This document shows positions 46,732 to 57,109 of a DNA stretch of 64,000 bases, piece by piece (position 1 is the first letter of the stretch; every line of letters starts with the position of its first letter). This DNA is from Bacillota bacterium (GTDB taxonomy: Bacteria; Bacillota; Clostridia; Christensenellales; SZUA-584), in contig JAEYLC010000007.1 in the NCBI GenBank assembly GCA_023461435.1, forward strand, positions 1,127 to 65,126, in the 5' to 3' direction. The notes under the pieces are model-generated. The model was given only the letters and a program-made list of their open reading frames with translations. It did not search any database and had not been told where the DNA came from. The translations under genes were made by a program, and so were the position numbers.

Positions 46732-47691
46732 CTATTTTTGCAGCAGATGCAGGGCAAACCCGCCGATCTCATCTTTAAGGTAAACGAGCGTGGTTCTGCC
46801 TTTTTCACTCTTTTGGCTCGTCCAATCCGGTGAAAATCCTCTCTTCTGCAAGTAGTAAACGGCCCTGTCCACATGGTTTGTTTTAATGGCGATGTGCCCC
46901 ATCGCGCCGCGGCCTCTGCTTTTGTTGATCTCCACGATGCCGCCTGTGAAATACGATGTGCTGCCCTCTTTGAGCGCGAGACCGAAGCCGCCGCAAAATC
47001 TGTCTGCCGCCGCTTTGGCTTCGGCATCGCTGTCAAGGTTCATACCCACATGCCCAAGCTCAAAGCCAAGCAGCGTGCTCACCGCGTTTTTCGCAGTGAT
47101 GGTTATGGCATCAAAATTACCGGCCTTCACCTGCGCGGTATCGAACAGCCATCCGCCGCCGATGGCGTGAACGCACGACAGACCGGCGTACTCCGCGAGA
47201 TTGTTCTCACCAATGCCGCCCGTCGGGATAAAGCGTATTGAACGAAACGGCGCATAAAGAGCCTGGCATCCCTTTGCACCGCCGTAAATGTTCGCGGGGA
47301 AAAATTTGACGACATTTAAGCCGTATGACATCGCGAGACCGATTTCCGAAGGCGTCACGCACCCGGGTGTGATCGCAATGCTGTTTTTCAGGCACCATTC
47401 CACGAGCTTTGCATCAAACCCCGGCGCCACGATATATTGCGCGCCCGCGTCCACCGCCTTTTCCGCGCTGTCCACCGATAGCACAGTCCCGGCGCCCACC
47501 AGCATATCCGGATATGCCTTGCGTATTCTGCGGATGGCCGGCAGCCCCTGAGGCGTTCTCAGCGTGATTTCGGCTGTATCGATGCCGCCGTTCAGCAGCG
47601 CCTCTGCGGCGGGTATCGCTGAGTCTTCATCCTCTATGACCGCGACCGGTATTAAACCGATAAGCCCCAGCCGGTTAAGAATATCCTCCAT
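46732..47691 (-). CDS. eda: KDPG/KHG aldolase fused to a C-terminal VOC-like domain
   Basis: The first ~205 aa match Eda ([26 protein letters not shown]). The last ~110 aa have a VOC pattern (LGHVGMN...[14 protein letters not shown]...GGFALHLLQ). Confidence 0.8.
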   Translation of the reverse strand: MEDILNRLGLIGLIPVAVIEDEDSAIPAAEALLNGGIDTAEITLRTPQGLPAIRRIRKAYPDMLVGAGTVLSVDSAEKAVDAGAQYIVAPGFDAKLVEWCLKNSIAITPGCVTPSEIGLAMSYGLNVVKFFPANIYGGAKGCQALYAPFRSIRFIPTGGIGENNLAEYAGLSCVHAIGGGWLFDTAQVKAGNFDAITITAKNAVSTLLGFELGHVGMNLDSDAEAKAAADRFCGGFGLALKEGSTSYFTGGIVEINKSRGRGAMGHIAIKTNHVDRAVYYLQKRGFSPDWTSQKSEKGRTTLVYLKDEIGGFALHLLQK

Positions 47692-47874
47692 ACGTTTCTC
47701 CTTTTTTATGTGATTTAACTGCAGGAAAATAACGCATGATTAAAACATACGGTCAAACTTAAAAGCTTTTTGATACCACAAGAACGTCATGCTCGCCGCA
47801 TCATATCACTTTCATACAACAATGTCGGTATTTGGGCACTCTAAGAAAGAAGATGAATGAGATGAGGTCGTTAT

Positions 47875-48291
47875 CTATTCGCTTTGGGCTTTCGCTTTAC
47901 CCGCTTCCGGATTATCTCTGGTCTGAAGCTTTTCGAAATAGTATGACATATTTTCCTTGCCCCATCGCCACATATCGTTGACGATCGGCAGTATTGTTTT
48001 TCCGAGATCCGTCAGATAATACTCCACCTTGGGCGGCACCACGGGGTAGATATGTCGGCATATAATACCGTCCTGCTCAAGCTCCCGCAGCTGCTTTGTT
48101 AATATACGGTTACTGATCTCCTTAAATAGTCTGAATAATTCGCCATACCGATGCGGACCTTCGTTACCCAAATGCCAGATGATAACAACCTTGTACTTGC
48201 CGCTGATGATCGACATTGTTAATTCTTTTTCGCAGTTAAACTCGTTATTCCTTAAACGACGTTCAATTTCTGCTCTTAATTGAATAGGCAA
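47875..48291 (-). CDS. HxlR-family transcriptional regulator
   Basis: GKYKVVIIWHL...RYGELFRL...ISNRILTKQLRELEQDGII...VEYYLTDLG. Confidence 0.85.
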   Translation of the reverse strand: MPIQLRAEIERRLRNNEFNCEKELTMSIISGKYKVVIIWHLGNEGPHRYGELFRLFKEISNRILTKQLRELEQDGIICRHIYPVVPPKVEYYLTDLGKTILPIVNDMWRWGKENMSYYFEKLQTRDNPEAGKAKAQSE

Positions 48292-48403
48292 AAGATCCTC
48301 TCCTTATCAAGTATTTTGGCACTCCCGACCATGATTATTATAGTAGATTCATGCCAATTATACAAGGAAAGATATCTGTGAATCACCTTTTCACTGAGCA
48401 GGC

Positions 48404-49840
48404 CTACTTCAAAACTGATTTTAATATATATGCCTTGGGCTGTGTCATTTCCTCAAGCGTATAGGAAACGCCCTCGCGGCCAAGGCCCGTCATTTTTCGC
48501 CCTCCGTGCGGCTGATCGATATTTCGGTAATTTCCCGAGCCGTTGATAATGACGCTCCCGCATTCCATTTTGGATGCGACACGAAAGGCCTTCTTCATGT
48601 CCTTCGTCATGATGCCCGCGTTAAGCCCAAACGGCGTGTTGTTCGCGATGCTGATTGCCTCCTCCTCCGTATCAAAGCCTATGATCGGAAACACCGGCCC
48701 GAATACCTCCATATCCTTGCATATGCTCATGTCGGTTGTAATGTCGAGCAATACCGCGGGCTCAAAATAGGTGGGCTGGCTCAGCGTGCCGCCAAACACA
48801 CATTTTGCTCCCTGCTTTATCGTTTGCTCAACCTGCTTTTGCACCTCAAGCGCCGCTTTCGGGCTGATCAATGCGCCCAGCTCCGTCTGCTCATCGAGCG
48901 GGCTTCCTCTTTTCACGCTTTTGAGCCTTTCTATGAGCTTCCCGACAAAAATATCCTTAATGCTGTTCTGCACCAAAAAGCGTTTGGGCGCACAGCATGT
49001 CTGGCCCGCATTCTGGATGCGTCCCGACGCGCATTCATTAACCGCCAGCTCCATATCGGCATCATCAAACACGATAAACGGATCGTTTCCGCCAAGCTCA
49101 AGAAAAAGATGCTTGAGCGTTCTCGATGCGTTCTGCGCGATCTGCTGCCCCACCTCGGTGCTGCCCGTAAAGCTCACCGCATCAATATCGGAACTTTCCA
49201 CCAGCATGCTGCCCACCAGCGACCCCCGGCCGGTGACGATCTGCAGCGCGCTTCCGGGCACGCCCGCTTCCAGCATAAGCTCTGTGATGCGGATAAGTGT
49301 CAGCGGGTTTTCCGACGCGGGCTTTAATATCACGCTGTTGCCCACGCTCAGCGCGGATGCCACCTTATGCATGCTGAGCTCCACCGGGTAGTTAAACGGA
49401 GCGATACACGCAATCACGCCCAGCGGCTCCCGGCGCGTAAAGATGATGTCCTTATCGCAGCTCGGCTGCGCGTCCGTCATCGTTTTGCCGTAAAAATGCT
49501 TGGCCTTTTCCACATAGCCGCGCAATATCTGAACCGCGCAATCCACCTCTCCCCTTGCCTCACGGATGATTTTGCCCATCTCAGTACTCAGCAGCACCGC
49601 AAGCTCCTCAGCATGCGCTTCCAGCACATCTGCGCATTTGAGCAATATACGGGCTCTTGCATGTGTGGGCATGGCGGACCAGAGTTTACTGCCCTGCTTA
49701 GCGATATTGATTGCCTCATTGACGTCTTCTTCCGTCGCGCTCGGAACCTCATCGATCAGCTCCTGTGTGGCAGAGTTATATATTGCGATCGTTTTGTGAT
49801 CGCTTGAATCCTTGGCTTTTCCTCCAATGAACATCTTCAT
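48404..49840 (-). CDS. NAD(P)-dependent aldehyde dehydrogenase
   Basis: FTGSTEVGQ, catalytic Glu in LELGGNDP, catalytic Cys in GQTCCAPKR. The start is ATG 49840 or 49834; the listed 49876 is a TTG. Confidence 0.88.
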   Translation of the reverse strand: MKMFIGGKAKDSSDHKTIAIYNSATQELIDEVPSATEEDVNEAINIAKQGSKLWSAMPTHARARILLKCADVLEAHAEELAVLLSTEMGKIIREARGEVDCAVQILRGYVEKAKHFYGKTMTDAQPSCDKDIIFTRREPLGVIACIAPFNYPVELSMHKVASALSVGNSVILKPASENPLTLIRITELMLEAGVPGSALQIVTGRGSLVGSMLVESSDIDAVSFTGSTEVGQQIAQNASRTLKHLFLELGGNDPFIVFDDADMELAVNECASGRIQNAGQTCCAPKRFLVQNSIKDIFVGKLIERLKSVKRGSPLDEQTELGALISPKAALEVQKQVEQTIKQGAKCVFGGTLSQPTYFEPAVLLDITTDMSICKDMEVFGPVFPIIGFDTEEEAISIANNTPFGLNAGIMTKDMKKAFRVASKMECGSVIINGSGNYRNIDQPHGGRKMTGLGREGVSYTLEEMTQPKAYILKSVLK

Positions 49841-49963
49841 ATCCTGCACGTCCTTATATTTTATAGTACTAAACAAAGCCTATGCGGTCTCGCCTTTCGA
49901 AGGGCTTGCAATAGGGTTCACGGCATAGTATAATTTTTTTCAGAAATATCAGCTAAGGTTGTA

Positions 49964-50000
49964 CTGGCTATAGGGAACGGCCTAACGTCCCTATAGCCAG
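49964..50000 (-). terminator. strong hairpin downstream of the binding-protein gene
   Basis: 13-bp stem CTGGCTATAGGGA/TCCCTATAGCCAG. No clear T-run follows, so it may be an attenuator or processing site rather than a full terminator. Confidence 0.5.
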
Positions 50001-50011
50001 CCAGTCACTAC

Positions 50012-51088
50012 TTAGAAATCACTGTTCGCGTCATAATACTTGTCAACATTGTCCGCACTGATGACGTCAGGCGCTGTGTTGATAAGCTTCTGAACAGGTT
50101 TTCCCTGAACATAATCGAGAATGGTGTTCAGCGTCAATTCGGCAACAGCCGCCGGATTATTAAGACCGGTTGCACCGTATTTGCCTTCCTTGATCAACTC
50201 AAGGGCTTCTTTTTGTCCGTCGGCAGCAGCCAGCACGAGAATCTGGTCGGCCTTGCCGGCATTTTCAATCGCCATGAGCGCGCCGAGCGCCATGCTGTCG
50301 TTTTCAGCCACGAGACAGTTCATATCGGGAGCCGCCTGAAGCATATCCTCAGCAGCCGCCAAACCGCCTTCCTGCGACCACGAGCCCCAGCCCTGTGTCA
50401 CGATCTTGAAGTTGGTCTTATTGGACTGGCGCAGCTGTTCTTCGACCACGCCTTTGACAACGCCGATTCTTCTGTCCACACCCAGCATGTTGCCCTGGTT
50501 ACCGCTCAGAACGCCCATTTTTATTTCTTCAGTGCCCATGTGCTGTGCGAGCCATACGCCGACCATTTCACCATTGTTGAGGTTGTTGGACTGAACCATC
50601 GATACATAGGACGCAGAAGGATCAATAGAATTATCCATGATGAAAACCGGCACGCCCGCAGTGGTGGCAGCCTCAGTTGTGGGGATAAGGCCCTTAGGAT
50701 CCGTCGGATTGATGACCAGGATATCGATATCCTTTGCCAGAAGGTCTTCAATGTCGGACACCTGCTTCGTCATGTCTCCGCCTGCATCGACGGAATAGAA
50801 GGTAATGCCTTTCTCATCACAGAGCCTCTGCATCGCGTTGGACTGTGCGACAAAGTAAGGCGCTCCCATTGTCTGCATCGACAAACCGATTGTCAGGTTA
50901 TTGACATCCAACGGTTCTGACAACACAACTTCAGCCGGGGAGCTTTCGCTTTCCTGCGGCGCCGAAACCTCTGTTACCGGGGATTCCTGTGTGTCGGATT
51001 CAGGTGCAGCCGTCTCTGCGCAGCCAGCCAGCATGACGCCCATGAGCAATAACACCAGCAACATGCCCAAAATCTTCTTGCTTTTCAT
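50012..51088 (-). CDS. sugar ABC transporter substrate-binding lipoprotein (RbsB-like)
   Basis: Lipobox LAGC, a Ser/Glu/Pro-rich linker, then a periplasmic-binding-protein type I fold pattern. Confidence 0.85.
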   Translation of the reverse strand: MKSKKILGMLLVLLLMGVMLAGCAETAAPESDTQESPVTEVSAPQESESSPAEVVLSEPLDVNNLTIGLSMQTMGAPYFVAQSNAMQRLCDEKGITFYSVDAGGDMTKQVSDIEDLLAKDIDILVINPTDPKGLIPTTEAATTAGVPVFIMDNSIDPSASYVSMVQSNNLNNGEMVGVWLAQHMGTEEIKMGVLSGNQGNMLGVDRRIGVVKGVVEEQLRQSNKTNFKIVTQGWGSWSQEGGLAAAEDMLQAAPDMNCLVAENDSMALGALMAIENAGKADQILVLAAADGQKEALELIKEGKYGATGLNNPAAVAELTLNTILDYVQGKPVQKLINTAPDVISADNVDKYYDANSDF

Positions 51089-51151
51089 TTTCTCCTCCTA
51101 TTAATTCTTATTACATGAAAACATAATCGCTATGTTTAAATGCCGCCATTG

Positions 51152-52123
51152 TTATTTGTCTTTGTTTTCCGCACCCTGCAGCAGCACGGCCACCAGTATG
51201 ATGACGCCTTTAATGACTTGCTGCGGATAAGCCGCCACATTCATCAGGTTCATTATATTTCCGATCATGCCGAGTATAAATACGCCAAGCAGCGTGTTGA
51301 GCATCGTCCCCTTGCCGCCGGTGAGCGCCGCGCCGCCGATGACCACGCTGGCGATCGCGTCGAGCTCCATGCCTTCCCCAACCACCGGAGACCCGACCGC
51401 CGCTCTCGATGCGCTGATCACACCGGCCAGTGCACAGACAACGCCCGAAATGACATAGACGATGAACTTATAAACCCGCACATTGACGCCCGAAAGCTTG
51501 ACGGCTGTTTCATTGCTGCCGATGGCCGTCACCAGCCGGCCGAACACCGTATATTTCAGCAGCAGCACAAACACCACAAACACGATCAGTATCACATAGG
51601 CGAGACAGGGCAAACCGAGGAACGTCTCTTTCCCGAAGAATATCAGTTCCTTGTTTGTGATCTGTATGGGCGTCCCCTTGGAGATGATAAACGCCACCCC
51701 TCGCGCGATCGTCATGAAGGCGAGCGTCACCACGAACGGCGCCACGTTTCGGACGGACACAAAATATCCGGAACCCGCTCCCACTGCGCCGCAAATCAGC
51801 ACCGTTAAAAGTACGGCCAGCGGCAGTCCCATCGTTTTCAGGAAATAGCCCGTCAACACGCATCCGAGAGCCACCAATGACCCGACCGACAGATCAATAC
51901 CGCCGGTGAGTATGACGAACAGCATTCCAAGGCTGATGATCGCAATGCCCGAATTCTGTCTGAGCAGATTCGATATGTTTTTGAATGTGAAGAATGAGCT
52001 GGACATTATGCTGGACACAATTATCAGCAATATGAATATGATCAGTGTGTTGTATTTGATCAGCAAATTCAGCGGACTCATGCCCTTGATGGTTAAACCT
52101 GACTGATTCGACTTGTTGTTCAT
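51152..52123 (-). CDS. sugar ABC transporter permease (RbsC/AraH-like)
   Basis: TGGIDLSVGS, the coupling loop IGSNETAVKLSGVNV, and DAIASVVIGGAALTGGKG. Confidence 0.88.
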   Translation of the reverse strand: MNNKSNQSGLTIKGMSPLNLLIKYNTLIIFILLIIVSSIMSSSFFTFKNISNLLRQNSGIAIISLGMLFVILTGGIDLSVGSLVALGCVLTGYFLKTMGLPLAVLLTVLICGAVGAGSGYFVSVRNVAPFVVTLAFMTIARGVAFIISKGTPIQITNKELIFFGKETFLGLPCLAYVILIVFVVFVLLLKYTVFGRLVTAIGSNETAVKLSGVNVRVYKFIVYVISGVVCALAGVISASRAAVGSPVVGEGMELDAIASVVIGGAALTGGKGTMLNTLLGVFILGMIGNIMNLMNVAAYPQQVIKGVIILVAVLLQGAENKDK

Positions 52124-52125
52124 GA

Positions 52126-53616
52126 TTATGCTCCCCTCATTATCATCTGCATGATACTTTGTTCACTTAAATCCGGACGGGTGATCTCACCCCTGATTTT
52201 TCCTCCATTGAATACATAAACCCGGTCGCACATTCCGATCAGCTCCATCATTTCGGACGATATCATGACAACGCCAAGACCTGCCTTCGCAAACTCATTG
52301 ACCAGATTGTATATCTCCACCTTTGCGCCCACATCAACGCCCCGCGTGGGCTCATCGAGTATGATCACCTTGCTGTTCGCATTGAACCATTTGGCAAGAA
52401 CCACCTTTTGCTGGTTACCGCCGCTCAAGTTCTGCACCGCCGTTTCGGCGCTGCTCGTTTTGATGGATAACGCAGCGATCAGATCATTGGAGATCGCCAG
52501 CTCCTTATCCTTCTTGATCCATCCGATTTTACCCACGATTTTTTTCAGATTGGCAAAGGTGATATTGATACGGATGGGCATCGAGAGTATCAGCCCGTCC
52601 GTCTTCCGGCTTTCGGGCACCAGCCCGATCCCTTTTTTCACAGCCTCTTTCGGAGAACTGATAACCGTCTCTTTCTGCTCCAGATATAATTTGCCGCTTT
52701 GCTTCGGATCGGCGCCGAACACCGCACGCGCGACCTCTGTTCGGCCGCTGCCCACCAGCCCTGAGAACCCAACGACTTCGCCCTTGCGGACAGAAAAACA
52801 GATCTTGTCGAACCGCCTGGAACAAAAATCCTCCACACGCAAAACCTCTTCGCCGATTTCATTGCCGCGTTTGGGGAACAGTGTGGTGAGCTCTCTCCCG
52901 ACCATCAGCTCCATCACCTGCTTCATCGACGTTTCGGAGACTTTGAGCGTACCCGTCACCTCACCGTCACGCAGCACGGTAATGTGATTGGCAATCTGGA
53001 AAACCTCCTCCAGGCGGTGAGAGATATAAATGATGCTGACTCCCTTATCTCTGAGTTTAAACAGTATGTTGAACAAATTCCCCACGTCCTGCGGCGTCAG
53101 AACTGCGGTCGGTTCGTCAAGTATGAGTATCCGCGAATTTTCCGACAGCGCCTTCGCAATCTCGACAACCTGCTGATAAGCGACGCTCAAATCCTTGACA
53201 AGGCTTTTCGGGCTGATGTCGATACCGATGCTATCGATGATGTCCTGCGCTTTCTTGTTCATTTTTTTGCGGTTAATAATACCTTTGGCATCGCTCATGC
53301 TGTTAAGGAAAATATTTTCCGCTACCGTCAGATCGGGCACGAGCGCGAATTCCTGATAAATAATGCTGACGCCCAGTTCCTTGCCCATACGCGGCGAATT
53401 GATTTCCACAGCCTTGCCGTCAATAAGAATTGTCCCGGAATCTTTTTTTACCGCACCGGAAAGTATTTTGACAAGCGTTGATTTGCCCGCGCCGTTTTCG
53501 CCAACCAGCGCATGAATCTGCCCTGGAGCCATGCTAAATGAAAAACCCTTAAGCGCGTGAACACCTCCGAAACGCTTGACAATGTTTCGCATTTCCACTC
53601 TGTAGTCACCCGGCAT
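52126..53616 (-). CDS. sugar ABC transporter ATP-binding protein with duplicated ATPase domains (RbsA-like)
   Basis: Walker A GENGAGKST and GLVGSGRTE, signature LSGGNQQK, 496 aa. Confidence 0.9.
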   Translation of the reverse strand: MPGDYRVEMRNIVKRFGGVHALKGFSFSMAPGQIHALVGENGAGKSTLVKILSGAVKKDSGTILIDGKAVEINSPRMGKELGVSIIYQEFALVPDLTVAENIFLNSMSDAKGIINRKKMNKKAQDIIDSIGIDISPKSLVKDLSVAYQQVVEIAKALSENSRILILDEPTAVLTPQDVGNLFNILFKLRDKGVSIIYISHRLEEVFQIANHITVLRDGEVTGTLKVSETSMKQVMELMVGRELTTLFPKRGNEIGEEVLRVEDFCSRRFDKICFSVRKGEVVGFSGLVGSGRTEVARAVFGADPKQSGKLYLEQKETVISSPKEAVKKGIGLVPESRKTDGLILSMPIRINITFANLKKIVGKIGWIKKDKELAISNDLIAALSIKTSSAETAVQNLSGGNQQKVVLAKWFNANSKVIILDEPTRGVDVGAKVEIYNLVNEFAKAGLGVVMISSEMMELIGMCDRVYVFNGGKIRGEITRPDLSEQSIMQMIMRGA

Positions 53617-54156
53617 TGGAAGACCTCCTCATAAATTTGAAGCACTTATAGAGCTTTGCTTGATATATGAAAATTTAAATTTGAAATATACTCCGATCTC
53701 GCGTGTATACAATAACTCACTGCAAATCACATGTAAAGTACGCACTATTTTGTTCGACTATAACATTATTGTTACCACTGTTTCCATCCGATCGACGATC
53801 GGGCATACTTTGACCCATGCAAATTATAATTCAACGGTATAATGCTGATCAGTCAACAGACTCATCATGACCCTGTGAAGGAAGCCTTCGATCAGCTTCG
53901 AAAATTTGAACCGTTACCGGAGTCCATAAAGAAAAGCGTCGCTTTTCTTTATTTCTGAATGCTTAAACAGCGGCTTTTTCATGTGAAACGGCACTGCAAC
54001 CGACATAATTTTTGCGCTATGACAATAGGCACCAAATTATTGTTACATTATGGTTTATTTTTTTTTGCTTTTCTGTTATAGTGTTATTAACTTTTTTAAC
54101 AAAGAATCGGATATCAGCATATATATACAGTAACAGACGGAAAGGCGGAACGAAAA

Positions 54157-55023
54157 ATGAGACAAACGAAACCTTTTATCCGTATTACCGCTATATTTGC
54201 GGCGTTTATGACAGTGGCGCTGCTGTGCCTTGCACCTGTCATAGCCAGAGCGGAAGACAATTCCCCGATCGGCGTGGCGGTCTGCATCGCGAAAAAAAGC
54301 GTGAATTTGCGCAGCGAACCCTCGGCCAAATCCAGCATTGTTGCCAAGCTTCCGGCACGCGCCTTTGTGAAGGTGTACGCGCAGTCGGACAAATGGTATC
54401 AGGTGGAATACAACGGCATGATGGCCTGGGGAGACAATTCCTCTCTGGTCTTTGCGGCAAACCCGGCTGACAGTATGACGGCCGAGGGTACAGACCGAAC
54501 CTATACCCTGTATTATCAGGGCGATTCAGAGTGGAAATTCTCGCGCTCTGTTGAAAAAAAAGCCTGCCTGATGTCCTCGTACGCGATCGTCATCAACAAC
54601 ATGGGCATTCCGGCTAACCCGCGATTCATCTACGAATCAAACCGCAGAAACACCTCGGTGAAATCTTCGGGGCTGACCACCAATTTCGGCGTCACACCCG
54701 TGTGCGCACTCGGCGCCGACTCACCATATCTTAGCCGCTTTGACGGAGAAAAAACCTATATCGCTGATCCGAAAAACAACGGCTTGGCTGCCATCAAACA
54801 GGCCATTGACCGGAATCCGGAAGGCGTGATTTGCTATTTCAAAAAGGGCAGCAAAGCCCACGGAATCGTCGCCTGCAAGTATGACGGGGATACCATTTAT
54901 TTCAGCGATGCGGGCCGTGACAGCGGCGCGCTGCTGACCTTTGGTGACACATGGGTATCCTACAAGCATAGATTGACGTATGCGAATCTGAATTTTGTAG
55001 CGGCATTGGATCCCGTCGCGTAA
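54157..55023 (+). CDS. secreted SH3b-domain protein with a C-terminal papain-like (C39-like) peptidase domain
   Basis: Signal peptide. SH3b pattern (VNLRSEPSAKSSIVAKLPARAFVKVYAQSDKWYQVEYNG). Candidate Cys (CLMSSYAIV) and His (HGIVACKYDG). Confidence 0.55.
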   Translation: MRQTKPFIRITAIFAAFMTVALLCLAPVIARAEDNSPIGVAVCIAKKSVNLRSEPSAKSSIVAKLPARAFVKVYAQSDKWYQVEYNGMMAWGDNSSLVFAANPADSMTAEGTDRTYTLYYQGDSEWKFSRSVEKKACLMSSYAIVINNMGIPANPRFIYESNRRNTSVKSSGLTTNFGVTPVCALGADSPYLSRFDGEKTYIADPKNNGLAAIKQAIDRNPEGVICYFKKGSKAHGIVACKYDGDTIYFSDAGRDSGALLTFGDTWVSYKHRLTYANLNFVAALDPVA

Positions 55024-55064
55024 ACGACAGAGCAAGAAAATTGCCATTGTAATACGGAAACAAG

Positions 55065-55090
55065 AGGAGCCGACAGGCTCCTTTTCGTTT
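55065..55090 (+). terminator. intrinsic terminator after the SH3-peptidase gene
   Basis: AGGAGCC-GACA-GGCTCCT stem followed by TTTCGTTT. Confidence 0.75.
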
Positions 55091-55094
55091 GCTG

Positions 55095-55883
55095 TTATCT
55101 CTGCCCTACTGGCTTTGTCATAGTGCCTTCTTTAATATGATATTGTATTTTTCGTTTTTCACAATAGTCAATAACTAGTCTGGCTTGCTCATTATAGAAT
55201 TCACGATTATTTTTATAAGCACTTATGTCTCTACTGTAGTTCGTTCGTCCAAATATAATCTTATCTGTGAACGAAACCACATCTAGTATCTTACTCAAGC
55301 TTTGCTCAATTAAGTTAGGCGTTGGAAATGGTTCTATACTTACCCAAGTTTTATATCCTTTATCATGTAATGTTTCCAAAGATGAAAGGCGTTCTTTGTA
55401 AGAAGCAGCTCCTGGTTCAATCTTTTCACGGTACACTTCATCTAAAGAAATCAACGTAATTCCATACTCGTTATCTTTCGAAAACGTTCCCAATTCTAAG
55501 GGCAATATACCTTTTGTAAGAATTGTGCACTTTATATTTGCCATATTTAACATTTCTATAGCCGCAAGACTCATATCCTTAATCTCGTTATAACCATACA
55601 TGAAAGGGTCGGTCGTAAAACAAAGATGTACTGACTGTATTTTAGATTTTAAACGTGGAATCTCTTTGTCCAAAATATCCAATGTATTGCTTACTAAATA
55701 TGGCTCAATCCATTCCTCATATGAAGCGACCTTTCCAAAACGCTTAGCCATCATGAATGCATAACAAGGATACTTACACCCATGTGAACACCCCAGTATG
55801 TGGTTTATTGTATAATCGCCATATTCGACATTTGTTTTGTATAACATTGTTTTTCTTTCAATGTATCCTTTAACGATTTTCAC
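55095..55883 (-). CDS. three-Cys-motif (Cx3Cx3C) radical-SAM-like protein, SplB/COG1533-related
   Basis: GCSHGCKYPCYA sits where SplB-like enzymes have GCxHxCxYCYA. The GTG start lies 9 nt after AAGGAG and overlaps the upstream stop (GTGA). Very AT-rich. Confidence 0.7.
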   Translation of the reverse strand: MKIVKGYIERKTMLYKTNVEYGDYTINHILGCSHGCKYPCYAFMMAKRFGKVASYEEWIEPYLVSNTLDILDKEIPRLKSKIQSVHLCFTTDPFMYGYNEIKDMSLAAIEMLNMANIKCTILTKGILPLELGTFSKDNEYGITLISLDEVYREKIEPGAASYKERLSSLETLHDKGYKTWVSIEPFPTPNLIEQSLSKILDVVSFTDKIIFGRTNYSRDISAYKNNREFYNEQARLVIDYCEKRKIQYHIKEGTMTKPVGQR

Positions 55884-57109
55884 AACAATTTACTCCTTAT
55901 TGTCACGCGTTGTTTCTTACTTTCTGTAAATGTTCGACTAGGATGATTTCCCTCAGTCAGTTTTGGTTCACGTGTAACTTGTATCTCTCCGCTATCCTCC
56001 ATGTCCTTCCATATACTTTTAATAACACCCGACTTGCATAATACTCCGTGTTCTGTATAAAAAGAAGCGAGCAGTTTATCAACTGTTAACCCATTAGAAA
56101 AATTCATCAAAAAGGCCGTCATCTTCTCACGAATTTCAGGTTTACTTATTATTTCGTTCTCAATATTTTGATCAAACAAGCTTAACTGTCCACATTGTTG
56201 AATATCTATGAATAATTCATCAGAACGTGATGCCATGTTATCAGCCATTAAGACACAACCATGTTCGTGATTACTGACGTGTATCATCCGATATTTTGGG
56301 CGTTGTCCCGATTTCATTCGAATAGGCATATCAAGTACATATTTATAATTCTGTCTTAGCCGCCGCTTGTACTCTGTTGAAAACCGCTTTTCCGCCTCAT
56401 ATCCATTAATCGCTCCAATCTGATAATCCTTAACAATTGCATGCCAGTAATCACCACCCGCAATTCTATTAAGCAATGCCTCAGATTGACAAGATGCATC
56501 AACTTGAGTTGGTTCATATTCAACTATTTCGTCTAAATTTAGCAATGCCTCGTCATGTTGATATTCAACCCGTTTAACCCTGCACGCATCCCTAAAGAAG
56601 CCGAACGAGTTCATATTTATTAATATTTCGATGCTATAAAATCCATATGACGCAAACCTATCAAATAACATGGAATCAAGCGCTTTTATTCCGTATGGAT
56701 CAATATATAGAAAAATATTGGTACCTTTTTTATCTTTTATAAGATGTTCAATTTCATCCTCATACCGACCAGATATTACTTTTGGGTAACCATTGATATT
56801 AGAATAACCTGCTATATTTGTTTTTAGATCTTCAGCATAATTGAGGTCAATAAAACACGTATCTATTTTCGCGTTTTGAAAAGTTGTCAATCCCAAACAT
56901 TTGTCCCGTATTTGAAGGGCAATCTGGGGAGACCCGGGACTACCATCATCGAATTTTCCTTTACCCGCAAAGCAATCTATGTAATATATTGGTCGGCGGG
57001 TCATTAAAACCTTTTGAAAATATTGAGGAAGATAGCCGCTAAGAAGTCGATCTTTTATTACTGACCAGTTATTTTTATTTTTAAAAAAAGTACTGTTGTC
57101 CTTTGCCAT
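55880..57109 (-). CDS. tcmP: three-Cys-motif partner protein (TcmP-like), methyltransferase-fold N-terminal domain
   Basis: YYIDCFAGKGKF (motif I-like) and FLYIDPYG (DPPY-like). The N-terminal pattern K..L..YL..Y matches my recollection of TIGR04474. Coupled to the Cx3Cx3C gene. Confidence 0.6.
   Translation of the reverse strand: MAKDNSTFFKNKNNWSVIKDRLLSGYLPQYFQKVLMTRRPIYYIDCFAGKGKFDDGSPGSPQIALQIRDKCLGLTTFQNAKIDTCFIDLNYAEDLKTNIAGYSNINGYPKVISGRYEDEIEHLIKDKKGTNIFLYIDPYGIKALDSMLFDRFASYGFYSIEILINMNSFGFFRDACRVKRVEYQHDEALLNLDEIVEYEPTQVDASCQSEALLNRIAGGDYWHAIVKDYQIGAINGYEAEKRFSTEYKRRLRQNYKYVLDMPIRMKSGQRPKYRMIHVSNHEHGCVLMADNMASRSDELFIDIQQCGQLSLFDQNIENEIISKPEIREKMTAFLMNFSNGLTVDKLLASFYTEHGVLCKSGVIKSIWKDMEDSGEIQVTREPKLTEGNHPSRTFTESKKQRVTIRSKLL

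Noticed and set aside
53842-53958. 38-codon ORF (MLISQQTHHDPVKEAFDQLRKFEPLPESIKKSVAFLYF) ending in a hairpin, in the 540-nt gap upstream of the SH3-peptidase gene.
   Set aside because: The ATG overlaps a TATAAT-like hexamer and has no RBS. It is more likely a decayed gene remnant or chance ORF. It would be worth a quick tblastn, but coding is not supported.
54012-54470. 152-aa plus-strand ORF overlapping the start of the SH3-peptidase gene.
   Set aside because: It is in a different frame from the well-supported secreted protein. It begins in AT-rich promoter DNA without an RBS and has an Arg/Cys/Gly-rich shadow-frame composition.
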